NCBI RefSeq assembly: GCF_963921235.1
Contig: NC_086097.1
Location: forward strand, 36,954,001 to 37,018,000
DNA: 64,000 bases
Direction: 5' to 3'
Origin: Mobula hypostoma
Lineage: Eukaryota
The translations under genes were made by a program, and so were the position numbers. Shown in pieces: positions 41,400-53,644 of this stretch. Position 1 is the stretch's first letter; each line of letters begins with the position of its first letter. Below the pieces are notes generated by a model. It made no database searches and was not told where the DNA came from. It saw only the letters and a list, made by a program, of their open reading frames with translations.

Positions 41400-41740
41400 A
41401 TGTGTCAATGGACACATTTCCTCCTCACACAATGAGTCTGTGAGGAATTTGAAAGGCTGTGACACGGGGCCCAGCCACTCAATGTCACGAGGCCGCCAGA
41501 CCTCAGACAAGCTGCACCAGGCTCCTGTGTGTCCCTCAGCATGTATTGCTGCACCTTGGACATAGGCCATTCAGCAGCATTCCTTACACTGGAAGACGAA
41601 CAAGTTTCAGGCAGACCAAAGTGCGTCTTTCACTGAGTTGACAATCTGCCAGCAGTACTTGATATTTGTCTCAGTATGTGTCCCTGGGAACAGCCCACGG
41701 ATCACGGAATCCTCTGTTATGCAGCTGTTCAGGGCAAATA
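41400..41740 (-). mobile_element. Tx1-type non-LTR retrotransposon ORF2 C-terminal remnant
   Basis: Minus strand reads GLFPGTHTETNIKYCWQIVNSVKDALWSA, typical of Tx1-like ORF2 C-termini. Confidence 0.65.
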
Positions 41741-42009
41741 ATTTCTTACTCTTTTAATACTGTGTGCAATCAGCTTTCGGTAACATATCGTAAGGCATCC
41801 TCTATTTTAAATAACCTTTTCAATTACTGTGACACAGGGCTTTACTTTTATCAGCAGAAATAGGGTTTTTTTGTTTTTTTCAGGAGAAAACTACTCACAC
41901 ATTTCTGGGCATAAATGATGAGCAGGTTATTGTTAAAGTACTATCCATCTATGCTCTGACACCAAGACATGGAAGAGGGAAGTCTGACACAGAAGATGAC
42001 CACATAGTC

Positions 42010-42673
42010 TCCTTTATCGATGTAGTTAAAAAGAAGGCAAGACAGGGGCTATACTGTATTAGGAGCTTGAAGAGATTTGGCATGTCAACCAATACACCCA
42101 AAAACTTCTATAGTTGTCCCATGGAGAGCATTCTGACAGGCTGCATCACTGTCTGGTATGGAGGGGCTACTGCACAGTACTGAAAGAAGCTGCAGAAGGT
42201 TGTAAATCTAGTCAGCTCCATCTTGGGTACAAGCCTACAAAGTACAGTACCCAGGACATCTTCAGGGAGCAGTGTCTCAGAAAGGCAGCGTCCATTATTG
42301 AGGACCTCCAGCACCCAGGGCATGCCCTTTTCTTACAATTACCATCATGTAGGAGGTACAGAAGCCTGAAGGCACACACTCAGCGATTCAGGAACAGCTT
42401 CTTCCCCTCTGCCATCTGATTCCTAAATGGACATTGAACCATTGGAGACTACCTCACTTTTTTAAATACACAGTATTTCTGTTTTTTGTACATTTTTTAA
42501 TCTATTCAATACAGGTATACTGTAATTGATTTACTTGTTTATTTTTTATTATTTTTTAAATTTTTATTTATTTATCTTTTCTCTCTTCTAGATTATGTAT
42601 TGCATTGCACTGCTGTTGCTAAGTTAACTAATTTCACGTCACATGCCGGTGATAATAAAGCTGATTCTGATTC
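42010..42673 (+). mobile_element. Rex1/Babar-like LINE 3' part
   Basis: ESILTGCITVWYGG...CLRKAASIIEDLQHPGH...FRNSFFPSAI; (ctgatt)n tail. Confidence 0.85.
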
Positions 42674-42959
42674 ATTATGATAACTCCTGCAGACCATAAT
42701 TTCCAGCTAATAAATCCTGACCCAGTTTCCACAATGACACGTATAACTGTCAGGTCCCAGACTGCCAGAGGCACTCATAGTTCTTTGACACAAGGTTGAG
42801 ACAGCAATGAGCTTGAGTTTTTAAGTGCATTTAAATATAAAACTTAAAAAAGGAAGTGGAGAAATTATAACATCAAAATACGATTCAAGCAAATACCGTC
42901 CCTTCCTTTAAATGTTTGGCTGTAGTGTGTGGTACAGCTTCTAAAGACAGAGTCAGATT

Positions 42960-43225
42960 CAGAGTCAGGAAGGAGGCACAGGAGCCGGAGGGCGCACCCT
43001 TAATGATTCAGGAACAGCTTCGTCCCCTCTGCCATCCAATTTCTGAACGGACATTGAACCATGAACACTACCTCACTACTCTTTTATTTCTATTTTTGCA
43101 CTATTTATTTAATTTAACTATATATATATAATTACTGTAATTCACAGCTCTTTTCTCTAATATTAATGTACTGCTGCTGCAAGGACAACAGATTTCACGA
43201 CATATGCCGGTAATATTAAACTGAT
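42960..43225 (+). mobile_element. Rex1-like LINE 3' end
   Basis: ttcaggaacagcttcgtcccctctgccatc...gatttcacgacatatgccggtaatattaaactgatt. Confidence 0.75.
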
Positions 43226-43394
43226 TTATTATCACTGACTTAGATGATGTGAAATTTGTTGAAAATAGTTGATCTTCCACAAAGGGCCATGCAATATCAG
43301 TAATAAAGCAAAACTAGTACAGCAGTGTTACTGAGCATCATTGGTAACATCAATTTGTTTAAAATATTTAAAAAATTAACTTAAATCAAATCAT

Positions 43395-43623
43395 GCAACA
43401 CACATCAAAGTTGCTGGTGAACGCAGCAGGCCAGGCAGCATCTCTAGGAAGAGGTACAGTCGACATTTCAGGCCGAGACCCTTTGTCCCGACGAAGGGTC
43501 TCGGCCTGAAACGTCGACTGTACCTCTTCCTAGAGATGCTGCCTGGCCTGCTGCGTTCACCAGCAACTTTGATGTGTGTTACTTGAATTTCCAGCATCTG
43601 CAGAATTCCTCGTGTTTGCGGTT
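43395..43623. mobile_element. Palindromic (inverted pLTR) Penelope insertion with ~16-bp TSD
   Basis: Arms 43395-43487 and 43490-43582 (93 bp, 3 mismatches, 2-nt spacer) plus ~40-nt tail; flanking direct repeat ttaa(a/t)tcaaatcatgc at 43381-43396 and 43624-43639. Confidence 0.9.
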
Positions 43624-44381
43624 TTAATTCAAATCATGCTAGAGACAGAGTGTGAAATGAACTGACCATCCACCCACATTAATGAAGTCCAGTGCTGGAT
43701 TTCTCATCTCTCTAATTTTATTCTCCACTGAGGTAGGTGAAGAATTATATCCAAATATGTGCGCTTCCTGCCTGATGCACTTGTGCTGACAGTCTTTGTA
43801 TTCTTGCTTTAAAAGCTTCTCAGATTTCTCAATGCTCCTCAGAAGATTCCCTAATGAAATCTTCTACCTATCAACCTCCTGCTAAGTACTGGCAATCCTT
43901 ACTGCAATCTCTCAGTACTGATACACATCTTGATTCTAAATATCAATTATACTTCTTGCTTCCACAGATACTACTTGACCCATGTTGACTTATTTTTTGT
44001 TCCTAGTTCCAGCATATGCAGTCTTTTCTGTCCCTGGATGAGGTTACTTGAACATCTACATTGCTAATTGATTTATAAAGAATTGCATGAAATTTTAACA
44101 TTTCAATAAAAAATTACAACAAATTGAGGGAAAATAATGCACTGGGCTATGAGAAATCAGATTTGAATGAGACCGAATGGACAGTTTTGCTGAAATCTGG
44201 AATTGATCATGATCAACTGACTAACGTTTGTGCTATATTCTGTACAGTACACTGATCATCCCTGCGCACAGGGAACTGAGTATGGCTGCTGTGTGGTAAG
44301 AGAGCATTTTACAAATATGTAACTACACCTTTGAGATTCAGGATCAAGAAGCATAGCTCTTACTGCAAAACAAGCTGAGAA

Positions 44382-44705
44382 TGGCATGGCAGTACAGTGG
44401 TTAGCGCAATGCTTTAGAGTGTCATTGGTCTGAAGATCGGGGTTCAGATCCTGCCGCTGTCTGTAAGGGGTTTGTACATTTTCCCCATTATCACATGGGA
44501 TTCCTCCGGCTGCTCTGGGTAACTCCCACACTACAAAGATGTACCAGTTAGGATTAGTAAGCTGTGGGCATGCTCTGTTGGCGCTGGAAGCATGGCGATA
44601 TTTGCAGGGTACCTCCAGTACATCCCTGGACTGTGTTGGTCATCGGCGCAAAATGATGCATTTCACTGTTTGTTTTGATGTATCAAAGAAAGCTCACCTT
44701 TTCTT
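44382..44705 (+). mobile_element. V-SINE with Rex1-like tail
   Basis: Same subfamily as 5020-5345 (gctgtgggcatgctctgttggcgctggaagcatgg...gcaaaatgatgcatttcactg). Confidence 0.8.
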
Positions 44706-44742
44706 TAATAAAGCCTTGTGTTACCTGACTGTTGGTATAAAA

Positions 44743-47476
44743 CAGTGGTTCCCAAAATGGACAATATCATCCCCCTAGAGGCGATGGGAGTTTCTAAGGG
44801 GTCATTAAAGATAAAGGGGTGGTGTGTGGTTGCTTGTAGCGAGGGGGGCAGCTGAGGGTTTACTGGCTTAGTTTAAGAAATGAATTACTTATTATAAGCA
44901 ATTGGTCCTCAGGGCCGCCATATTTGATTACAATGATCACATCATCACCTCATCTCTTGCTAACCCGCCGTTCCTTAGACTTTGTCAAAGCATGTTATAG
45001 TTGTTGAAAAGTAATATGACACCCCTGTGTCGGGCTTGTCATGAGAAATCTGGACCGAAGAAAATGTGTTGTTTCCAAGCCCAGCTTGCACATTAATGCT
45101 GCTCACTACCGCAATACAGTGTTATCTAGTACAATTCCCATACTCTAATCAAGCAGTGACACAATTCATATGAATTACGGTACGGTGTTCAATGAGGTGA
45201 CTTTCAGAATTTGCCCGTTTGAATGACCTTGACCACATTTCTCTAGCCCACAGCCCAACCGAGATATCACTGCCCCACTTTAGGTACTTCAGGCAGAGAG
45301 TCTGGTCTTGCCTGAGCTATGATGATGTCATAACTTTCCCCTTTATTGATCGCGGGGCTTGAGGCTGGACTTAAACAGTAGGTGATTGACCACGGTCAAT
45401 AATCCATAATGAAAACGGCAGAAGCAGACCAAATGAAAAAGTGTAGACAGTATAGTGTGGAGTATCTGAAATATGGATTTATACCAGCACCAAGCAACCA
45501 ACAGCAGCCAATGTGTCTGTTTTCCGAAAAGGTTTTTTTTCAAATGAGGCAATGAAACCATGCAGTCTCCTAAGGATTTGAAAAGAAGACAGTCTGCTGA
45601 AGCAATCAGCTTATTTCCAGTCATTTTGTGAAAACTTTCAGAAATGAAAACACTTCAAAACATGTTTGCCAACACTTCACAACAAAGCAATGATGGTTTG
45701 CGTGCCTCATATGACATTTCATTGCTCATTGCTAAATCTGGAAAGCCCCATACAATTGGGGGAAAAAAAACTGATTCTACCAGCAATACGGGAGGTTCTC
45801 AGTATGCTTTTGCATGAATTACCAGAACAAGTAATTAAAGTGACTCCACTCAGCGACAGATCTGTTCAAAGATGAACAGGTGGAATGGATGAGAATGTGG
45901 AAGACACATTGTGCAACATACTAAGGACGATGGAATTTGCTCTGCAGTTGGTTGAGTCAACTTTGCCAGGCAATGAATCTTTGTTTCTTGGTTATATTCA
46001 CTTAATAAAAGATGAAAGCATGGTTCATGAGTTGTTATTTGCAATGGAACTATAAGCAAGTATGAAGGGGGAGTCAATATTTTGGGTTGTTGAGCAATTA
46101 TTCAAGAAGGACAGTCTGCTCATTAATATTCATGCTTGTGCAACGGATGAAGTACAATCAATGACAAGACGCCATCGTAGAGTTATTACTTTCTTGAAAG
46201 AAAATGTACTTAACATATTTACCATTCACTACATAATTCACAGACATCTTGTCACAAAAAAAACTAAGTAATCACCTGCAAAAATCTTTAAATACTGTTA
46301 TCACAGCAGTAAATAAAATCAAGTCCTATGCTCTTAATTCCCAACTATTTTGAGAGCTTTGTATTGAGAATGGTGAACAGTTTGAAAGCCTGCTGTTGTA
46401 CATAGCAGTCAGATGGCTCTTAATAGAAAACTGCCTGAGACATTTTTATACTGTGATGAAATTTTTTGAAAACTCAAATGCTTCATTCAGTAATCAACTC
46501 AAGAATATTAGGCATGACATTGCTTATTTATCAGAATTATTTGCAAAGTTTAATGAAATCTATCTTCAGTTGCAAGGAAATGATGTGAATCTTATCAAAG
46601 TCAAATCAGTCGTCTCCACGTTTCTGCCCAAGTTAACTCTATTTAAGCACAACATTGGCAATTGCGACCTTTTCCAATTTCTAAGCCTCTCTGAGTTGGA
46701 AGAGACAGAAGGAATACAAGATGATGATTCTCATCTATACTCTGCTCACCTGGGTGAGCTGCATAAAGACATATAAGAGAGATTTCAGGATCTTCTCTTG
46801 GTCCAAATTCCAAATTGGGTAATATATTCATTCCCGAACACTTGTCATAAGGAACTTACAGGAAAAATGGAGGAAGAACAGATCTTGTTACAAAATGACT
46901 TTGAACTGAAGCTGAGGTTCAAAAAATCATATCAAGGTTTGTGAAAGAACTCTCCGAACACTATCCTGCACTGTGGAAAAAGGTCGAGGTGCTCTTTATT
47001 GCCTTTCCAAGATCATGTTTAGTAGAGTGCAGTTTCAGTGCAGACGCTCAACTTCTTACAAAGCAATGAAACTGACTGCAAATTCCTGAACGTGGGGATC
47101 TGAGACTCCTTCATACCACCTGATGTTGAGAAGCTGGTATCACTGCACCAAGTCCATCCATCTCAGTGAAAGGTGAAAAAGCAATGAAGTAGTGAAAAAT
47201 TGGACTACTAATTTACATTCTAAATTTGTTAACGAAAATTGCTCTTACTTTAATTAAATAAAGAAATAATTTTATTTGTAGCTTTAAATAGATCTGAATA
47301 TTTTTTGCAATTATTTGTCACTGCTTGCAATTTGCAGTTCTTATTTTCTTTCACTCTGTATCATAAATAAAATTTCTTTATAGTTTTTATGTAATAGCCA
47401 GAAAGGGAAAGGGGTTACTGGGGATGTGGTCTGGGATCTAAGGGGGCGGTAACTCAAAAAAGTTTGGGAACCTCGG
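44743..47476 (+). mobile_element. Full-length decayed hAT transposon, Buster family
   Basis: TIRs cagtggttcccaaa / tttgggaacctcgg; 8-bp TSD gtataaaa (44735-44742) and gtataaag (47477-47484) with central TA. Confidence 0.9.
45410..47169 (+). pseudogene. Buster/SCAND3-like hAT transposase pseudogene
   Basis: KKCRQYSVEYLKYGFIP...PMCL N-terminus, CATDE, IHYIIHRHL, VRWL, DIAYLSELFAKFNEIYLQLQG, and a QVHPS end; many stops and frameshifts. Confidence 0.85.
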
Positions 47477-47689
47477 GTATAAAGGTTGACGAGCTGTCAT
47501 TCTGATTTTCAGGATTCTGAGGTACTGAAGAGCATTATGGGAAGCACCCATAAACATGTACCCAGCTAAACACTACTCCATTTCTCTGGGGCCAAGGTCC
47601 AAAACACATTACTATACAGTGCAGTAGTCACACACAGCACATACAGTTATGATCCAGCACATACAGTCACAGTAAAACATTATTGATGT

Positions 47690-47952
47690 ATTTAGGATTA
47701 CAGCGCAGAATAGGCCTAGCCAGCAACCCAGCGATTTAACCCTTGCCTAACAACAGGACGATTTACAATGACCAATTAACCTATTAAATGGTACGTCTTT
47801 GACTGTGGGAGGAATTCAGAGCTCCTGAAGGAAACCCAAGTGGTCACAGGGAAAAGGTACAAACTCCTTACAGACGGGTATCGGAATTGAACTCCAAAGT
47901 TTGACTCCCTGAGTATAATAACGTTGCGCCAATCACTATGCCACTGTTGCAC
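47690..47952 (-). mobile_element. V-SINE with CR1-type tail
   Basis: Reverse V-domain (gactgtgggaggaa...ggaaacccaagtggtcacaggg...tacaaactccttacagac). Confidence 0.8.
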
Positions 47953-48060
47953 CACATATTAACCCGTCGCTGACTGACATGGCCTGAAGATTGACAGGTT
48001 GACATAGGTGCAGGTGCATGATTATGTAAGACAGTATAATGATAATGTTACTGGCACTAT

Positions 48061-49353
48061 TAAGATTCAAGATTCAAGATTCAAAAACTTTATTGTCATT
48101 CTAACCGTACATCAGCTCTGCAGGGCAGAATGAGACAGCGTTCCTCAGGGGCAGTGCAATCATAACATAACAAACGCAAGACTAAATAATAAACTTAACA
48201 ATATATAGTAAAACACAATAGCCACATGTCAGTTAAAATCAGTTATAAGTGTCCAGTGCAAGTTAAAAGTGTCCAAAGCAGAGTCAGGTGGAGCAGCTAC
48301 TTAGGAGTCTGACTGCCTGTGGGAGGAAGCTGTTTAGTAGCCTTGTGGTTTTAGTTTTGATGCTCCTGTAACGTTTGCCTGATGGCAGAAGAACAAACAG
48401 TTCATGGAGAGGGTGTGAGGGGTCTTTAATGATGTACTGTGTCTTCTGGAGGCATCGACTCTGAAAGAGGTCTTGGACAGAAGGTAGGGAGACCCCAATA
48501 ACCTTCTCTGCTCCCCTAACCACCCTCTGCAAGGCTTTTTTGTCGACAGCACTGCAGCTGGAGTACCAGGTTGTGATGCAAAAGGTCAGCACACTCTCAA
48601 CCACGTCTCTGTAGAATGTAGTTAAGATGTTAGTGGGGAGTGATGCTTGTTTAAGCTTCCTCAGAAAGTGCGATCTCTGCTGGGCCCGTTTCACAATCCC
48701 AGTGGTGTTCCTGGACCAGATGAGATTGTCCAAGATCTGCACCCCAAGGAACTTGATGTTTTCCACTCTCTCCACTGTGGAGCCGCTGATGCTGAGGGGT
48801 GTGTGCTCAGGCTGAGACCGTCTGAAATCGACGATCATCTCCTTGGTTTTGGTGACATTAAGCATCAAGTTGTTACCCCTGCACCAGCTCTCTAGGTGTT
48901 TGACCTCCTCCCTGTACATTGTTTCATCATTTTTGCTGATGAGCCCCACCATTGTGGTATCGTCTGCAAATTTAATGATCAGATTCTCCTTGAATCTGGC
49001 TGCACAGTCATGTGTTAGCAGTGTAAACAGCAATGGGCTAAGCACACAGCCTTGTAGGGATCCAGTGCTCAGTGTGATGGAGTCAGAGATGTTCCTGCCA
49101 ACACGGACTGACTGTGGTCTCTCTGTCAAGAAATCCAGAATCCAGTGACACATGGCAGTGCTAAGGCCAAGCAGCGACAGTTTCTCCACTAGTCTCTGTG
49201 GGATGATGGTATTGAACGCTGAACTGAAATCAGTGTACAGGATTCTGGCATAAGTGTCTTTGTTGTCCAAGTGAGAGAGAACTGTGTGCAGTGTGGTGGA
49301 TATTGCCTCCTCCGTAGAGCGATTTGGACGATAAGCAAACTGTAGAGGATCTA
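48061..49353 (-). mobile_element. Young 5'-truncated Rex1/Babar LINE with (TTGAATC)n tail
   Basis: Tail aagattcaagattcaagattc; possible short TSD cactat at 48055-48060 and 49354-49359. Confidence 0.9.
48284..49353 (-). CDS. Rex1/Babar reverse transcriptase domain plus C-terminus, uninterrupted (5' truncated)
   Basis: [54 protein letters not shown] in one frame; the first ~16 aa of the ORF call come from flanking DNA. Confidence 0.85.
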
Positions 49354-49389
49354 CACTATAGTAAAATAAGCAGCAGTATAAAATGTGTA

Positions 49390-50870
49390 GAGCAACACAC
49401 ACAAAGTCCTGGAGGAAACAGCAGCTCAGGTAGCAACCATGGAAATGAATAAGCTGTTGATGTTTTGGGCCAAGACCCTTCTACAGGACTGAGAAGGAAG
49501 GGGGAAGATGCCAGAATAAAAATGTGGGGGGAGGAGAAGGAGAATAGCTAGAAGGTGATAGGTGAAGCCAGGTGGGTAGCAAAGGGGTAGAGAAAAAGGA
49601 ATCTGATTGGAGAAGACAGTTGACCATGGGAGAGAGGGAAGGAGAAGGTGACACAGGGGAAGGTGATAGGCAAGCAAGAAGAGGTAAGAGGCTAGAATGG
49701 GGAATAGACGAAGAGGGGAAAGGAAGGACTTTTTTTTTACCGGAAGCAGAAATTGATGCTCATGCCATCAGGTTGGAGGCTATTCAGATGGAATATGAGG
49801 TATTGCTCCTCCAGCCTGAGGGTGGCCTCATCTTGGTATAAGAGGAGTCCATGGATCAATATGTCGGAACTAGAATGGGAATCGGAATTAAAACGTTTGG
49901 CCTCCGGGATGTTCTGCTTTTGGTGGATGGAGTGGTGGTGCTCGATGAAGCGGACACCAGTTTACGATGGGTTACACCCAGATCAAGTCGGTGGTGAGGA
50001 AGGTAAATGCTATGTTAGCATTCATTTCAAGAAGTCTAGAATACAAGAGCAAGGATGTGATGCTGAGGCTTTATAAGGCATTGGTGAGGCCTCACCTTGA
50101 GTACTGTTTTGGGCTCCTCATCCTAGAAGAGACGTGCTGGCATTGGGGAGGGTCCAGAGGAGGTTCACAAGGATGATTCTGGGAATGAAAGGGTTATCAT
50201 ACAAGAAACGTTTGATGGCTCTGGGTCTGTACTTGCTGGAATTCAGAAGCATTGGGGGGGGGGATCTCATTGAAACCTTTCAAATGTTGAAAGCCTAGAC
50301 AGAGTAGATGTGGAAAGTATGTTTCCCATGGTGGGAGAGTCCAGGACAAGAGGGCACAGCCTCAGGATAGAGGGGTGCCCTTTCAAAACAGAGATACAGA
50401 TAAATTTCTTTAGCAAGAGGGTGGTGAATTTGTGGAATGTGTTGCCACATGCAGCTGTGGAGGCCAGGTCTTTGGGTGTATGTAGGGCAGAGACTGATAG
50501 GTTCTTGACTGGACATGGCATCAAAAGTTACGGGGAGAAGGCTGGGAACTGAGACTGAGGAGGAGAAAATGAAAGGATCAGCCATGATTGAATGGCGGAG
50601 CAGATCTGATGGGCCAGATGGCCTAATTCTGCTCCTATGTCTTATGGTCTTATGGTCTTATGTAGAAGAGGCTGCATCGGGAGCGCCGGACAGAATGGAC
50701 AACCCCAGCAGATTCGCAGGTGAAGTGTTGCTTCACCTGGAAGGACTGTTTGGGGCCCTGAATGGAGGTGAGTGAGCGAGTGTGGCGGTTCGGCTGTTGG
50801 CGGGGATATGTGCTGGGAGGGAAGTTGGTGGGTAGGGATGAATGGACAAGGGTGAGAATATGTGAAGGAG
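49390..50870 (-). mobile_element. Older Penelope copy interrupted by a CR1 insertion
   Basis: pLTR and GIY-YIG segment 49390-49970; the element resumes at ~50661 (tgtagaagaggctgcatcgggagc). Confidence 0.8.
49969..50660 (+). mobile_element. CR1 LINE 3' part
   Basis: LYKALVRPHLEYC, RTRGHSLRIEG...RVVNLWNVLP; (tcttatgg)n tail. Confidence 0.9.
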
Positions 50871-50944
50871 CAGCAATGAAAGATTAAAGGTGAACAGTGC
50901 ACGATGAGAGTGTGCCCATGAGTTAGAAGATGTGGGGCACAGAG

Positions 50945-51600
50945 CATTCAGACAAGATGTACATGTGTGCTGGGTGGCTGCAGGATGCTAAGATGCCTAC
51001 CAGCCTGGGTGGGGTGGCGGGGGGAGCTGTTACTCAGTCTGACAGCTCTGATTCTTATGCTGAGGTACCTCCTGCCTGATGCCAGGAGGTCAAAGACATT
51101 GTTGGAGTGAGGTGAAGGCTCTTTGACAACACTCAGGGCACTGTTGCCACTTCCATGCAGGTATGGACTTGCACCCAAAGGTCTTTCTGTACAGGAATGC
51201 CCCCATTTGACCTCTCAAAATGTAATTCCTCATACCTGCCCTGATTAAACTTCATCTGCCGATTCTCTGCCCATATTTCCAATTAATCTATATCTTCCCG
51301 ATTCCATTGATAAGCATTGCCAACATCCACAACACTAGCAATGTCGACTCAACTGGCAAAACCGTTCTACTACTACCCTTGCATCTTGCCACCTATATGC
51401 TGTGGATCCAATTTACCACTCTCCCTTGAATCCCACAGATTTTTACCAGTTTTGACTACCCTCCTAAGTTAATCTAGACTCCATGAAATGAACTGCTGTA
51501 ATCAATCCTTCATGATACTTCCTAAAAAAAAAATCAACGATTAATCTGACAGGACCTTACCTTAACAAATCCATGCTGACTCTGCCTTTGCAAATGAAGC
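50945..51600 (-). mobile_element. Old Rex1-like and CR1 fragments
   Basis: LLASGRRYLSIRIR (Rex1-like) followed by degenerate CR1 RT sequence. Confidence 0.5.
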
Positions 51601-53644
51601 TTCAATAGTTCTCTAGTTCTAGTCTCACCTACCAATGGAAACAACTTTCCTAATTCTATCTTATCTATCCCTTTCAAAATTTTGTATGTTTCTATAAGAT
51701 CCCCTCTCATTCATCTGAACTCCAGAGAGTATAGCCCAGGCAACTCAATCTCTCCTCATAGGTTAACCCCTTCATCCCAGGGATCAACCTGGTGAATCTC
51801 TTCTTCACTGCCTCCAAAGCCATTATATCCTTCCTCAGGTATGGAGACCTGAACTGCACACAGTACTCCAGGTGCGGCCTCACCAGTACCCTGTATCATT
51901 GCAGCATGACCTCACCGCTCTTGAATTCAATCCCTCTAGTAATGAAGGCCAACATTCCGTTTGCCTTCTTAATAACCTGTTGTACCTGCAAGCCATCTTG
52001 TTTCAATTCATGAACAAGCACTCCCAAGTCCCTCTGCACAACAGCATGCTGCAATCTTTCACCATTTAAATAATAATGTGCTCTTCTATTATTCCTTCCA
52101 AAGTGGATGATCTCGCAATTACCAATGTTGTATTCATCTGTCAGAACTCGGCCCACTCACTTAATCTATCTATATCCCTCTGCAGACTCTCCATATCCTC
52201 TGTACAATTTGCTTTTCCACTCAGTTTAGTGTCATCAGCAAATTTTCCTATGCTACATTCAGTCCCCTCTTCCAAATCATCAATGTAAATGGTGAACAGC
52301 TGCAGGCCCAGCACTGACCCCTGCGACACCCCACTCACCACTGACTGTCAACCGGAGAAACACCCATTTATACCAGCTGTCTGCCTTCTATCGGTTAACC
52401 AATCCACTATTCATGCCAATACACTTCCTCCGACTCCATGCATCTGAATCTTATTTATAAGTCTCTTGTGCAGCACCTTATCAAACGCCCACTGGAAATC
52501 CAAGTATACGACATCCACCTGTTCCCCTCTATCCACCGCACTCATTATGTCCTCAAAGAACTCCAGTAAGTTTGTCAAACAGGACCTGCCCTTTCTGAAT
52601 CTATGCTGCGTCTGTCAAATGGAACCACTCCTTTCTAAATTTTTAATGACAGCTTCAAGCATTTTCCCGACTACAGATGTTAAGCTAACTGGCCTATAGT
52701 CGCCCGCCTTTTGCCTACATCCTTTTTTAAAAAGTGGTGTGGCATTTGTTGTCTTCCAATCCGCTGGGAATTGCCCAGAGTCTAGAGAGTTTTGATAAGT
52801 GATTACCAACTCGTCTATTTTAACCTCTGCCAATTCCCTCAGCACCCTGGGATGCATCCCATTAGAACCAGGGGACTTATCTACTTTCAGGCCCTCTAGT
52901 TTGCTCATCACTATCTCTTTAGTGACAGTGATTTTATCGAGGTCCTCACCTCCCATTTCATCCATAACATCCTTCTTTGGCATATTAAACGTGTCCTCCA
53001 CTGTGAAGACTGACACAAAATAGTCTTTCAAAGCCTCAGCCATTTCTTATCACCAAATATCAATCTCATCTTCTCATCTTCCAACGGACCTACGTTGACT
53101 TTAGCCATCCTCTTCTGCTTTAAAAACTTTATAAAAACTTTTGCTATCTGTTTTTATATTTTGTGCTAATTTACTTTCATACTCATTCTTCTCTTTCCTT
53201 ATTTCTTGTTTAGTTGTTCACTGTTGCTTTTTAAAGATTTCCCAATCCTCCAGTCTCCCACTACTCTTTGCGACTTTGTACACGAGCTTTTAATTTGATA
53301 CTATCTTTTATTTCCTTAGTTATCCAAGGCTGGCTCTCCCCACACTTACTTTCCTTACTTTGACTGGAATATACTTCTGTTGAGCACCGTGAAAAACCTC
53401 TTTGAAAGTATTCCACTGTCCTCAACTGTCCTATCAAATAGCCTGTGCTCCTAATCAACATTAGCCAACTCCTCCCTCATCCCATTGTCGTCTCCCTTGT
53501 TCAAGCATAATACACTAGCTTTAGATCTAACTATTTCATCCTACATCTGAATGCGAAATTCAATCATACTATGATCACTCTTTCCAAGAGGATCCCTGAC
53601 TACAAGATTGTTAATCTTACCTGTCTCATTTCACAGGACTAGAT

